Below, one piece after another: positions 1-13,360 of a stretch of 64,000 nt of DNA. Under the pieces are notes generated by a model that was not told where the DNA came from, ran no database searches, and was given only the letters and a program-made list of their open reading frames with translations. The position numbers and the translations under genes were made by a program. Numbering within the stretch: the first letter of the stretch is position 1; each line of letters opens with the position of its first letter. The stretch comes from Ginglymostoma cirratum (taxonomy: Eukaryota), in NCBI GenBank assembly GCA_024137785.1, contig JAHRHZ010000022.1, forward strand, positions 31,972,511-32,036,510, written 5' to 3'.

Positions 1-150
1 CATTTCGGGCCTAGACCCTTCTTCTGAAGAAGGGTCTGGGCCCGAAACGTCAGCCTTCCTGCTCCTCTGATGCTGCTTGGCCTGCTGTGTTCATCCCGCT
101 CTACACCTTGTTATCTCAGATTCTTCAGCATCTACAGTTCCTACTATCTC
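1..150 (+). mobile_element. Penelope-like terminal-repeat (pLTR) fragment in fold-back configuration, cut by window edge
   Basis: Matches the terminal repeat of the GIY-YIG-bearing element at 40964-41690; bases 1-24 are the near-perfect inverse of 26-49. Confidence 0.85.
24..51 (+). ncRNA. Minimal type I hammerhead ribozyme motif (PLE-type)
   Basis: CTGAAGA-A-GGGT(ctgg)GCCC-GAAA-CGTC: core CUGANGA, 4-bp stem II, GAAA, palindromic ACGU stem III, GUC cleavage triplet. Confidence 0.75.
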
Positions 151-761
151 TAGGATAGAAATCTGTTTCTATTGCATCCTGCAGGTCTCCTTGATATTAT
201 TTCCCTCTGTAACTGAGGATCAAGTTTGTAATTAAAGCTTTTCTTGATATGAAGATTTAGGCATGTAATACTTGGCTATTGGCATACTTTGGGCACAATC
301 TAAACTGACAGAAGAGTTTCGTTCCCCTATTATCAATGCTATCAAGATGTCAATGAAATAGATTAAAATATCTTCAGCACCGTTTTGCATACTGGTTTCA
401 GTAAGCTTTCTTTTTCTCTTTGCCACCTTCTGCAGATGATTCTGCTGTTGCTTATTGGCCTTAAATTTTTTTTTCCACATGGTTGGATTGCAGCTCATGC
501 AAAATACTGCAGGGGGACCTGCCCAAAGATGTGTCCTGTTAATCCATGTTAGAATTTTTTCGATACTTTACCAGTATTGCATCAGATGACCTCTGCCGCC
601 ATTCTTGAAGCACACGCCTTTGGCTCAATTTTAGGTGCCTTATTTCAAACGAATGTCCCGGATATTACTACGGTCAATGGAATCAAAAATTAATAAGCAC
701 TCTATTGCAAACTTATGACATTGGAGAAACAAACATCATCTTAGAATTGTAGCACAAAGTT

Positions 762-1105
762 GGGGAGGCGATGGCCTAGTGGTATTATTGCTGGACTGTT
801 AATCCAGAGACTCAGATAATGTTCTGGGGACCTGGGTTCGAATCCTGCCATGGCAGATGGTGCAATTTGAATTCAATAAATATCTGGAACGATGACCATG
901 GATCCATTGTCAACTGTTGGACAAACCCATCTGGTTCACTAATATCCTTTAAGGAAGGAAACTGCCTTCCCTACCTGGTCTGGCCTTCATGTGGCTCCAG
1001 GTCCACAGCAGCATGGTTGACTCTGAACTGCCTTCAGGGCCATTAGGGATGAGCAATAAATGCTGCCAAGCCAGCAATGCCCTCATCCTGTGAATAAATG
1101 AGAAA
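762..1105 (+). mobile_element. tRNA-derived SINE, near full length
   Basis: A box TGGCCTAGTGG 772-782, B box GGTTCGAATCC 835-845, A-rich tail; body recurs inverted at 10150-10472 and 48748-49030. Confidence 0.85.
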
Positions 1106-2110
1106 ACAACACTGCTGCATTGGAGAGGTCATTTATAGTCTATATACAAAGGCAGTTTCATCCTATTCTATCTTAACAGAATCAAGCAGACACTGCGATT
1201 GTAAGTATATGCAAAAATTACAGACTCTCCCCTTGCAAGATGCCACTGAGGGCGCATATACATTGGCTTACATTTTCTTCAACTTTTCACAACCGTTTTT
1301 ATGAACAGAAAGGCATTCCACTCCCTCAATGTGCAGTTGGTATGACTACCATAAGCAGAGAATTACTCAGAGGTGTGCTTGTTATCCTGGCAGTAGTTAT
1401 GATTCCTTTACTCTGTGGCTGTCCTCAATGCCCTTGTATTTGAACTAACATGACAAGTTAAATGGGCAGCAAAGGTTATCCACTCACAACTTAGCTTATG
1501 ACTTTGGTCAGGAACCTACACAGCATGTGTACAGCAAGCCTACAATGACAGTCAAGCTGTCACAAAGAACATTATAGAGCATGCTGTCAGCATCCTCAAA
1601 CATTTTGTCTGCCCTCTCAACCTCTCTGGAGATGTCCTGTTGCATTTAGCTGAGCAGTTATCAGTGGTAATACACGATGTGCTGTATAGCCTGACCATAA
1701 TTGAGGGAACAGCACTTTACCACCATCTATCTGACACAATGCAGGGGAGCAGGAACATTAAGAAGAGGAGGAGGAAGATGTAGATAAAGAACTGCACCAG
1801 GAAGTGGAATTAAAGGAAATGAAAGGAGAGTTACAACATAGACTGTCCCTTTCACTGCAGGCTCTAAGATTAAGTAATTAGTGAATGAATCACGCTGATA
1901 ACCTAAACAACACCCATTCACCGATCGTTCCATGCTTTTAGCTTTCCACGATCATTGACTTTGTTCCAACATAAAACTAAAACCACCACAAAATGTAGCT
2001 TTGAACCTAAATTCATGCATTTGGTCTTGACATGAAGTATGTAAAAATAAGCCAGTCATCTTTGTGCATTTCCTTCATGCACATGTTCTGAGTGCTTTTG
2101 TGTCCCATAG

Positions 2111-2438
2111 TGACTCTGCAAGTTACTTGCCCATTGGCCGTAGCATGGCAGGTGGAAGGATGTTGGCCTCCAATTCAGCAGAGAACATTAGAGGGCAGTC
2201 TCGAACCTCTCTGGGCAGTGGAGACCCTGCTTCGGACTGTATACATCAGCCTGAGGCGCAGCAGTTCAGATTGGACGGCCAACACACACCAGTAAAGTGG
2301 AACAGCAGGAGCGGGAGTAGGAGTATTATCGTCCCGACAGAGGACAGTAGGATCATTGTCACTCTGTCAGGGCTGTACCTCAGCACTGTCACTGATATGT
2401 TTGATGGCCTGCAGGAAAACAATGGAAACCCCTTTTAA
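2111..2438 (+). CDS. Candidate coding (terminal?) exon of an unidentified gene, DSASYLPIGRSM...QENNGNPF*
   Basis: Acceptor cttttgtgtcccatAG ends 2110; frame open to TAA 2436-2438; ATTAAA at 2451; raised GC and several retained CpGs; no repeat similarity recognised. Strand is ambiguous (see findings). Confidence 0.35.
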
Positions 2439-2784
2439 AAAGTGACTGAGATTAAAAGTCAGTGTCATTTTTGAGCATCAATTGTGTTATTTTGACAAGA
2501 AGCCCAAATCAGAATCCCAGAAGGATAAAACTGAGCAGGAGGATCATGCAATATACATTAACTATTTGATTGAAAGTATTGCAGCAGCAATTCCTGTCTC
2601 AGTGGTGAGCAACATCTCAAGTCCATCACCATACATTATATATATATACCGGTGAAGGCATAAACATGGAGCCAAGAATCAGTGCCTGAAACAAAGGTTA
2701 GATCCTTAAAATATTCAACTAATAATCACAGCTGTTTGTCATCCACTTTGAAAAATTGGCCAACTTGAAAAAATGTGCTGATTA

Positions 2785-3060
2785 CAACAACAAAAACAGC
2801 AACTTGTATTGATATAACACACAGTAAAATATCCCAAACTACTTTCAGGAGAATTAAAAAAAGATTGAGATTGAGTCACATAAGGAAAACTAAGGTCAGG
2901 CGTCCAACATATTGTGCAAAAACTTCATTTTTAAGAAACATCGTAAAGAAGGGAAGAGAAGTAAAGACAGAATGATTTATGGGGGAGATTTCAGGGCCCA
3001 GCATAGTCATCATTAATGGTATGATAAGAATAGGGGTCCAAGAGGCTGGAACCAGATCAG
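2785..3060 (-). mobile_element. Old L2-like LINE 3' fragment
   Basis: Resembles decayed L2 3' end; similar to 4620-5200. Confidence 0.45.
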
Positions 3061-3829
3061 CTCAATGGCCTTGGACAGCTGCATGTGGACTAACCATTGG
3101 CTCTCAAGGGAAACTGTCATCAAAGGTTGAGCTTGTTAAAATCTAATGACCTGAATGTGAAGCTCAGAGGGACATGCATCACTGCAGTTGCAAGAGACCA
3201 ATGCCCACTGGACTCTTTCCAGTCACCACCTGATCACCCCTCCATTTCCTGGTCACTCCCCTCTCGACAGAATAGCCTCCCCCCTCTCCTTCCTTGGACA
3301 TTCTGGAAGGTGGCTGTCAGCAATATAGTGGCCCAAAATTCATTTTCAATTTGGCAATAAGCCGCCAGCAGGTTACAAGCATGGCTAACAATAGCTGTGC
3401 CATAAAACTTCCCATTCCAACACAGAGATTACACACAGTAAAGAGCCTGCTTCCTCCATCTCCACCACCAGCTAAGTTTTTTCTTAAATGTAGGTTTTGC
3501 GTGTTGTCTCCAATGGTCCCTTTAAGATGACTGCTTAGCCACATGCAGACTATATTTCGCTGGAAGTAGCAGACTCCTGTTAGAGGTTGTGGTCAGATTG
3601 CAAACTTTTTTGTCAGGAGATCTTAAGTAGATGTTAAGTCCCTTTAATTCCGAATGAAAAGGATCTCGTGCCCATTTCACATGCTGACCTTGACACTTTT
3701 AATCTGCCTTTATGAAAATGACAGGAGATGCCATTGTAGTTGGCAGGAAAAGTAGCGTTCTCCGCTCAAATATGCGTATGATCATGTGACTGGCGGTGCC
3801 ACGCATGCCATAATCTGCAGGAAAGAATT

Positions 3830-4075
3830 GCTTGTCATTTTCTATAAAAATGGTAAGGGTGTGGAATTTACTACCACAGGTTGAAAAGAATTGCATAGAT
3901 GCAATTAAAGGGGTAAACATGCACGTATGGGGGAGAAGGGAGGGGATGTATATAATGGTAGATTTGGATGAGAAATGATCGGAAGAGGCTCTAGTGGCAC
4001 ATAAATCCCAGAAGGGTTTGGTTGCGCTCAATAGACTGTCCTATGCCATTCATCCTGTGGAGTCCTGTGTAATCC
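3830..4075 (+). mobile_element. CR1/HER1 LINE 3' fragment
   Basis: GGTAAGGGTGTGGAATTTACTACCACAGG (VWN.LP motif region), followed by a CR1-type 3' UTR. Confidence 0.6.
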
Positions 4076-4619
4076 TAATGCATGACAGTCAGGATACTCA
4101 GCATTAGTTTGCCAGTTTGTGCCAGCTCACCCTTATTAAACAGTACCATGTTGTCCCTTTCTTTTAACTAATCTCAAAATTCATTATATCCTTTTGGAGG
4201 TGTACAATGTTCTTCAACTAACATTGGTGGAATTGGTGGAAGTCGCTGTTTTCAATTGTAATTTTCACGTGTGTGATTTACTGATTGCTTTATTAAGGAG
4301 GCAAAATGAACTTTGAGTATGAAAGGTAAGTTATCCATTAAGGTATACCTACTTAATTACTTCTGAAAAGCTTGTCATTGTACACGAATTTGTTAATATA
4401 TCTTGTAAAACCAAAGGATACATAATTATCATGGGGCTCAATGAGTCATTCTTCACAATCTATCTCCAAATGAAGTCCCTCAAAATCACTCCTCTGAATA
4501 AATCAACCACATGTTACATTTCAAAATGAGTTGTATTATATATTATGGAAGAAACATTATGTTCAACTGCACAAGGTTTGCCTTAAAGTAGGAGAGCTTT
4601 GGTAATCCCGTTTCCTGTA

Positions 4620-5200
4620 TTTCCTGCATTTACAATAAGAGCAGCCTGTATTTATATGGCACCTTTTCATAGAAAACATTGTAATAATGTGATTGAACAA
4701 CAGTAGACACTGATGTAAAGCAGTACATGTGATGAAGGGTGTTCCAAAACTAAGTGAAAACTAGATTGTATAGAAATTCTTTAAGAAGAGGGAGATGGAG
4801 CACTTTGGGGAAGACATTTGGAATGTAGATAAATGAGGACACAGCAGTGGGTAGCTGAATGGAGACAGATGCAGAACTAGGTTGGAAAAGAATTTTTAGC
4901 TCATTGGGTAGCTGGTGGAGTTGCATAAATAGGAAGGTGTGAGATCATAAATGGTTTTAAACAGGGGAATGAGAATTATAAATTTGAGATATCTGTGGAC
5001 CAGGAAAGATTATGTCAATGTTAGGAACCAATCAGTGATTGATGAGGGGATTTGGTCCAAGTTAGTGAGGACCAGAAGTTTAGATGTTGAAGGGAGGAGG
5101 ATTAGATGCAGATCAAGAACACGTGAGAATATTTGAGTGTGGAAATGACAATGGCATAAGTGAGAGTTCCAGAGTGATTACTGTTACAGAGGATGTCATC
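4620..5200 (-). mobile_element. Old L2-like LINE fragment
   Basis: Purine-rich + strand typical of antisense L2; tail-like cctgtatttatatggcacctttt. Confidence 0.5.
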
Positions 5201-5779
5201 TGGCAATTTGACTCAGACCATGTAATGTACAACTATTTATAGTTTTCACACATCACTTGCTGCACACTTACTGGCATTTCTGTTTAATAACCAGAATGCT
5301 CTTTCATATAGAAAATTTAATTTATCCTTTAATTTTATGACGCTTTGCAATGTGTTGCGCTCTTCATTGCATAGTTTGATTTCTTCTGCATCTCATGATA
5401 ATAAATCTGGAATTAAAAGTTTGGCTTGGTAATGGTGAGCATGAAATTATTAGTGTTGTGTAGTAGTTATCATATTTGTTTCAGATGTGCAACAACCTTT
5501 GCTCAAAACTAAGCAGAAACAGTTTCGAGGGTCAAATGACACAAATGATAGTTTTTATATCACTGCAACCAGGATTTGTGTGCAAATCTTACTTGCTCCT
5601 GATGTACACCATAACATGTCTGAACAGGTTAATTAAAAGTAGCTAAAAGTTACTTTTGACCACCAGTGAATATTTAGCAGTAACAATCACCATGCTATGT
5701 CATCAAATATATGGTTACAACTCATTTGACAAGGTGGAACTGTTTCAAGGATTTTTTTTGTAGCGAGACAAATGATATT

Positions 5780-6080
5780 AGACTGAAAATTCCTGCCAAT
5801 TCAAAGATCTTCCATTAATTGCAGTCTGGGGAACCTCAGCAGGGCACCATAAGAGAACCATAGAATCAACATCAGCAATGTCGGCATTTCCACATTGTAT
5901 TGCACACATATAGACTCCTGAAGTTGCTGTCAGTTTCAGCAGAGTCATACGATCAAGCTTCAGCTAGCTCAGCTTTTGTGCACACATAATTGCCCTTCTT
6001 TAAGTGTAAAATGCTAGTCTTGGACCCACGATGGTGAATGTTGACAATTTCGCTGTCATTCCCACTGCGGAATCTGGGCC
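5780..6080. mobile_element. Degenerate MITE, probably Harbinger-derived
   Basis: Ends agactgaaaattcc ... ggaatctgggcc resemble the terminal motifs of other Harbinger relics in the window. Confidence 0.35.
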
Positions 6081-8949
6081 AATTTCTCTGATAAGTTGAC
6101 GTACAATTAATTTTATCCGTGACATATTGTTGCACTTGCCATCTCCTTTGCTCTCCTTTCCTATCACAAATGTGTGTTCATTTTTCCATTAGAAATGTTA
6201 CCTGGTTTTATATTCTCCACAGCTAGGTTCATAAATTTTTGACTGCAACGTGTAATGCTAAATGGCTCGGTCATTACGTTAAAGGATCATCATTGAATGT
6301 CCATTATGATTGCTGCAAGCTTCCTGTTGGTGTTTATGAAATTGCATTCTCAGGAAACACACGCTGCCATGATCGTTAGCAGTATTTTGTTACTCTGAAA
6401 AGTAGGCATTCAAAAAAATGTAAAGTGGAAATTCAAATCCTAAGTTTCTTTGCAGTTATGATATGCGTGATTTCTAATTGTCGTCTAATTTTACATGAAG
6501 ATTGAAATTCTTTCGAGAACAGGTTGCTGAGAATGCATTTATTAAATTTGTGGATTGGCATACAGCCACAGTATAAGTACACTTGCTTTATTACCATCCG
6601 TTCTTACTGGCTGAGAGCTATTTAAATGGATTTTCTCACTTCTAATGTATCTCATTATAATTGCCAACATCACCATCTGTCATACACCAACATGTTGGGG
6701 AAACTAACGGTAATGTTTTCATTAATCTTTCTTTTATATCTCCCCTAACTGTTTCTCAGCGCAAGTGCAAAACTACCAATCCTTTGAGTGTGCATTTATT
6801 CTGCAAAAAGGTGTTCTGTCTCTGCAGTCAAAAAAGAAAAGGCAAATCTCAGGAAACAGAGATTTTTATTTAGGAAAATTATACCATTACCTTATTCACT
6901 TCTAACAAATAAATATTATAATTTATAGCTTTGGATCCTTTACACTTGTGCATTAGTACAATCATGAACAAAAAGTCCTTGCTTTTTAGGCAGAGCAGCT
7001 GCTAGCATATGTGAATGCTTGAATCATGGCACTTTTTAATTGACCTTTCTGAGGTATTGGCTTGGTCAAATATCAAGTGAAAAAGTAATGGCTATCCTGG
7101 AATGTACTTTTGATTGCAGATTAGTGCCCAATATCTAATTGGTCAAATTGATAATTGATCCCCCATTTAGAAATTGCTGTGGAAGTTGATGCCCACAATG
7201 ATTGATTGGTAACTTTTCAGACACAGAGACGTAAAGCACAGTTCTTGATTTGAAATGAAAGAGAAAGTTCTCAAATATTTTAAATGCACCCAATAGGTTG
7301 ATTGCTGTTCAACTTTTCTCTAATAAAATGCTTTTAATTTGAGTTTGTAGTATATTTTATGAATTGAGTTCTTTCAGAAATTCACTTTGGCTGCTTGCAT
7401 GCACAGGCTGATTTTCTGCAGACTAAGTTGCTATTCCATGTGAAGTGTCAGTAGTCATTCAAAAGATCTGACACAAAAACCACACTCACAAAACCTGTAT
7501 GGTTGAGTAAAGATATTTTTAAACAATGATGAATTGTTTGTGTGTCCTATTGTCATTTTTCAGATTAATCTCTAATTCATTATTGGAGCTTTCAATCATC
7601 TTTTATTGTCCTTCACGTGCCTACTTTGTTCTGTTGTTGTAGACTTATCTTTACACATCCTCTTTTGATGGAGAAGGAGAAGGACACAAGCTCAATTCTG
7701 CTTGAGTTGTCAAGATTGCCCATGCTTAACTGGCATTGTCATTGCAGGTTGAGGTAGTTTAGTGGTGAAATAATTCCAAATTTCTGTGCATTTTAATTAA
7801 TTTGCTGGTTCATTTATTTTGATCTAGATCATTATTTAAACCAGTACCTGTCCAGATTGATCCTGCCCCTTTCTGAGAATCACTTCATGTTTTTCTCCAC
7901 CACGTCACTGAGTGGACTCATGACACAAGAATAAATGAACAGTGTAAACTCTTAGGCAAGAGGTATAAAAGTCTAACCAAAGTTAGTGACATGTAACGTC
8001 ATTATACGGTGCATGAATAAATCATAAATGTTGAAAATCATGATGATAAATGTTTCACATCCCCTCTGGAAACATAAATCTGTCCTCATCGCATCACTCT
8101 TTTAAAGAACAATTATTGTAACCATGCCAGGTACAGGACTGTGAAGTTCCATCACATGTGACTGGCTTTCACACAAGAGGACTGCTCAATCACTTGTGTA
8201 TTTATCACAGCTTAAGTTGTCTCTAACTGCAGACTTGTTGATAAAATTGGATTCAAAGACATAATGAAGCTTCTTCAACAGAATATCACTGGAAGTGCAA
8301 TTAATTTGAAAACGAATTTTGTGCTTGCCTTTAGAGAACCTTGAAGTTTCATTTTATAAAATCTTCTCCATTTAAGGGCACCACTATCGTACATCCTGAT
8401 CACCTTCCACCTGATCACATTGCTCACAATTGCCCCTTCCTAGTTGCACCTCTTAGAATGACACTGCCATGCATTTCAATCATCACCCCATCCCAATTTT
8501 CTTTCACCCTGGCAGGTCTCCTTTAAGACGTGAATGAGGGATACATCCAGTCACACCAATAATGTAATATTCAATGTTCCGTCTTCAGTCAGTGTTGATT
8601 TGCTGTCTACAAATTGCTGAATATTTGCCTCAAGCCCACTTCTTCAGGTTCAGAAGTCGTTCTTCCCGCTTTTGATCATGAGTAAACTTCCGGCACGCTC
8701 ATTGTGTACTTACGAGGTGGTTTTGAGAGTAAAGGCAATTTCCATTTTAACCTGCACAAAATATTATTCAGGTTTCCAGACATAATGATAATGATAAAAT
8801 AAAAATAAAAAAGCTTACAATGTGCGGCAAACAAAAATAATAGCCCTAAGTTTACTTAGGATCAATATCAACAATTGACATATTATTGGAATGGGGAGGA
8901 AGGCAGGACACTGATTAGCTGAGAAAGGTTTGTCCTGCTTTTTGTATAA

Positions 8950-10140
8950 AGAGCATATCTGAACAATTTTCCACATTGCCAGGTAGAGGCCACTACACTT
9001 GGCTCGGGATGCAGCCGGTTCTGGTGTACAAGTCAACCATTTCTTGATACCACGGAGTGAATAGAATTGACTGAAAGCTGGCATTTGTGATTCTGGAGAC
9101 CACCAAAGAAGGCTAAGACAGGCCATCTACTCAGCATTTCTGCCAAAGATTGTTGCTTCAAATTTGTCTTTTTCACTGAAGTGTTAGTCTCCACCGTCAT
9201 TGAGAGTAGGGTATTCCTACAGTGAATTGTTTAATTGTCTATCACTCTCCACATCTGGATGTGGTGGGAACTGCAGAGCTTAGATCTGATCCCTTGATTA
9301 TGCATTCACTCAACACTATTAATCTCTTGCTGACTATGGTGTTTGGTAAGTAAGCCACTCTGTGTTGTTGCTTCACCAAGTTGGAACTAAAATAACTCCA
9401 TGGAAGTCATTATCCCATCACCAAATCACCCTTTAGTTACATGTGGAGAGTCCTTGATACTGATCCAGCTCCCTCAGAGCCAGCTTTCAGTGTGAACAGA
9501 ACCTCCGACACTCCTGTTTTTATCTGTCAGACAGGGCTCTCTGATCGGACCAAATTAACAGCCCCAATCAGGGAGCTCATATTCTATGTGGGCCACCTGA
9601 CTGACCTCATCACAATTACTACAGCAACCTGATTTTTAAGTATGCTAGGTGCTGCTCTTGGTCTGCATTTCTGTGATCTTCATTGAACTGGGGTTGATCC
9701 TCTGGCTTGATGGCGATAATGGAGTGGGGAGTGGGATGTAGTGGTCCATGAAGTTGTAGATTGTGTTTGAGTCCAATTCTGTTGCTGATGATGGCCCACA
9801 TCACCTCACTGATGCCCAGTCTTGAACTGATAGACCTTTTCAAAGTTTATGCCATTGAGAACAGTGATAGTAACAAACAATGCAGTGGAGGGTATCCTCA
9901 ATGTGAAGATGGGACATTGCCTCCCCCAGGATTGTGCAGTGGTCCCTCTTACTGATACTGTCATGGACAGTTGCATCTGTGGCAGGCAGACTGCTGAGGA
10001 TGGGGTGAAGTATATTTTCCACACTTACTAGTCCTTGCAGATTTGGGAATCATGTGAAATTGGCATGAACTTTGCAGGGTTGACAGGGCTATGTTGCCAT
10101 TGTCATTTCTGGTGCTTAAGTCGATGCCTAGCTCATCTGG
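8950..10140 (-). mobile_element. CR1-group non-LTR LINE fragment interrupted by a solo LTR
   Basis: 9100-9380 is the reverse complement of sequence at 55870-56130 (same LINE family); continues after 9623. Confidence 0.7.
9385..9623. mobile_element. Solo LTR-like insertion (~240 bp)
   Basis: Discrete block splitting the LINE (…caccaagttgg | gcaacctgattttt…), ends in …ACTACA as expected for a TG…CA LTR. Confidence 0.5.
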
Positions 10141-10149
10141 TATCATTGC

Positions 10150-10472
10150 TTTTTTGTAACGTTTTAGCAGTTTGGTACATCTGAATAGCTTGCTAGACCA
10201 TTTCAGAGGGTAGTTAGGAGTCAACCACATTTCTGGAAGTGACACCAGGTAAGGATGGCAGTTTCCTTTCCTTAAAGGGCAATCATCAACTGATGGGTTT
10301 TAATGGCAATTCACAGTGATTTCATGGCCATTGTTGAACTTTTAATTCCAATTTTACTTAAAGTTCAAACTCTTCTATCTGCTGTAGTGGGATCCACACA
10401 CAGGCCCCCACAAAATTGCCTGGAATTCTTGATTATTAGTCCAGTGGCAAAGCCCGAAACCATTGCCTCCCC
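10150..10472 (-). mobile_element. tRNA-derived SINE, same family as 762-1105
   Basis: gagtcaaccacat, ggtaaggatggcagtttcctt and cattgcctcccc are reverse complements of the 762-1105 copy. Confidence 0.8.
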
Positions 10473-10584
10473 TTACTAACCAATATTTTTAATATTAGTT
10501 TATAAATTAATTTAATAACCGTGCATTTTAATCAGTCAGTAAATAGGTGTATGAAACATTTGCCACCTTGTCACAATCCAAAGT

Positions 10585-10735
10585 TTTTTGTATTTGGATA
10601 AGTATATGAATAGGAAAGGTTTGGATGGATCTGGGCCAAGAGCAGGCAGTTTAGCTTGGGATTATGTTCAGCACGGACTGGTTGGACCAAAAGATCCGTT
10701 TCCATGCTGTATGACTCTATGACTTTATGACTGTG
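10585..10735 (+). mobile_element. CR1/HER1 LINE 3' terminus
   Basis: Ends gtttccatgctgtatgactctatgactttatgact, the CR1 octamer-repeat tail. Confidence 0.8.
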
Positions 10736-11789
10736 TAAGACAAGGAATCTGAGTTTGAAAAAGGCACACACTCTCGATATGCAGTATGAATAGCCTGCTG
10801 GATTTTCTTTCAAGTAACAAGTCATTTAGACGCTACGCTCGTCAAGTTGCAAACCAGCTTTCATGAGTGAATCCAGAGTGGCTATTTTAATTCTGAGCAT
10901 CATCGGGGATTTTAACTTGGGGAGTAAAATAGCAAATAATGGTTGGACTTGTCTAAAAGTGGATTCCTGTCTTTTAGCCAAGCAAAATCCAAACTTCCTG
11001 TGTTAACTGCTTGGTCAAAACTGAAGTCAATCTCATGTGGTGTAAACCTACTTGATGGAATCATACAATAGCTCATCACTGAAGGTGCTGTTCAGCTCCC
11101 TCCATATGTGCACATGTATTTTTGACGTATTAGGTGCTACTTTTGGGGGCAGGATAGTAGGAAGACACACTGACCAGGCACTCCGCGAAAGTGAGGCAAA
11201 CTGAGATTGTTTATTTTGAACTTTCCAAAGTTTTACTTGTATAAAAGTAACCCCTTACATTATGATTAAAAATGTAATCTTACATCTTGCCCAGCGTAAC
11301 TTTCTGCTGACTTCATTGCATCATATTTATGACTTCTTGGCAGCAAATGTATTTCCAGAACAGTTCAGTACGTTTCTGTTTTTCCTTTCCTGACATGAAT
11401 TCTGTTGTACTTGCCAAATGTGTAAAGATTTCAATCTCAATTTTGGGTAAACACACTGGGAAAAGGCAGAGATCCCCACACTTTTCCACACCGACTGGGA
11501 CTAATTGTGAAGAGCATTCTAATCTGTTTTGTGGCCTGACTTTCAGAATGAAGATTTATGGCTTTGTGTGAACTTGTATGGTAGAGAGCAGTCTTTAAGT
11601 GTTACTTATGGTTAGTGTTGTGTTGTAAGAAAAGAGTTGTCACATAAATATATTTGATCTAGATTAAATGTACAACATTCAGTCAATGCTGTTTAGATGC
11701 TGGATTTCCCTTTGCTATGATCAGAAAACACGTTGAGGTATCACTATGCTACATGATAGTGGATTATTATGTTCAGTCCCGAATAGTTA

Positions 11790-12305
11790 CACTGAAATAA
11801 AATCAAATGCTGGAAATACAGCAGTGCCACAAGTTTCTCAAAATAAGACAGGTGAATACATCATTACAGATATCACAGATACTGATGGATACGCCAAATA
11901 TTTCCAGGGTTTTCTGGCTTTATTTCAGATTTCTGTCATTTATAAAAACTTGCAGTTAAAACAGGAAATGCTGCAAACCCTTAGCATGTCATTTGCAGCA
12001 TCTGAGGATAGAAGTGATAAATTAGCTATTCATTCAATTCACTTCATCTGAAACAGAAAATGTTACAAGTGAAAAGCATATCAGATGGAAGGGGGAAGGA
12101 AAAGCATGGATGTAAGAAAACAAAAGGATGAGCTGTAAGGCGTATGGCTTGAAAATCAGAGAATTTTAATTGGCAGAATTGGTTCCAGCATGGAACACAA
12201 GAGAAATAAGCAACACATGCAAAAACCAGAGAACAATTAGAAAAACTGAATTAAGTTGCCTTTTTAAAATTCCACAGTTCCAGCATCTGCAGTATCTTGC
12301 TTTAG
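11790..12305. repeat. Old, decayed PLE terminal-repeat remnants in both orientations
   Basis: aaatgctggaaat, gcagcatctg and ttccagcatctgcagtatcttgc match pLTR motifs seen at 53960-54158. Confidence 0.45.
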
Positions 12306-13254
12306 TTAAGCTGGTGATAGGCAGCGTGATAATGTGAAGTCAGGAGAACAGAAAAAGGCGAGTTATTACCAGGGGCATCTTGGCATAAAAGGATTGAGAT
12401 TTCTCATTAATGAATTTGATTACAAATGAAGACTTTCCTTTTGAAAACCTTCCTCACTGATACGTCCAGGAGATGCTGAAGATGTTAATTTTTGTTTTTT
12501 AGGTATTAATTTATTTATCACACTAAAAATCATTAACTATGCCTCATTGACTAATTCACATGTCAGCTTATTGTAGCGCTGCTCATGATTGCAAAACGGT
12601 GAGAGTGAACTGATCAGGAGCCCATGCACGATGATCAATATCCTGACCACTTTAGCTTACACAGGCATGACTGCAGCATCCCACTGACAACATCACTTGA
12701 GAAAATGACTGATATCTACCAAAGAATGCCAATCTGCTGCAGGGCAAGTTGCGTTTTTACTTTCTCTTTGTACTTGCCCCACAAATGACCTGGAACCATG
12801 TAGGCACTTAAGCCAGAGGAATTGATTGGATTGTCTGATATTCATTGTAACTGATCAATTCAGCATTTCTTTCTGACTTGGGCTTTCATCATTCATCAGA
12901 AAGATAGAAATGTGAAGCCCCTCACATCAGCCAGACTCAAAATGAATTAAGCAGCAAAATCATATGTGCACGATAATGAGCTTGTCAGGTTGTGTTTGTT
13001 TGTTTTTAAAATCCACAGTTATTCCCATTGCTTGGTTTTGCTTTCTGCCAAAATACCTCCACTTAAACTTAACCAACGATAAGAATAGAGGCACATGTAT
13101 TCATTCATTGTTGCATAAGTTTGTGTATTCTAAGCTTTTTAGTAGATACAACAGATTTCCCAATTATGACTAAGCAACAGCCAATATTCAAATATCTTCA
13201 AGGGTCAGTGTATGCACCTTCATATTATGACAAGAATATTATAGATATATATCA

Positions 13255-13360
13255 TTAACCTTTCCAGACATGTTATGACACACCTTGTAGGAGCAGGGCA
13301 GACTTGAATTCATGCCTTTTGACTGAGAAGTAGTGATATTATCGCAGTGTCACAAGGTGC
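13255..13360 (-). mobile_element. Short (~110 bp) tRNA-like SINE
   Basis: Reverse complement resembles copies at 5560-5640, 13830-13925 and 26465-26575 (tail …ctgaacaggttgattaaaa). Confidence 0.5.

Noticed and set aside
7750-7772. TGAGGTAGT, let-7-like start
   Set aside because: Diverges after 9 nt and no complementary hairpin arm is visible
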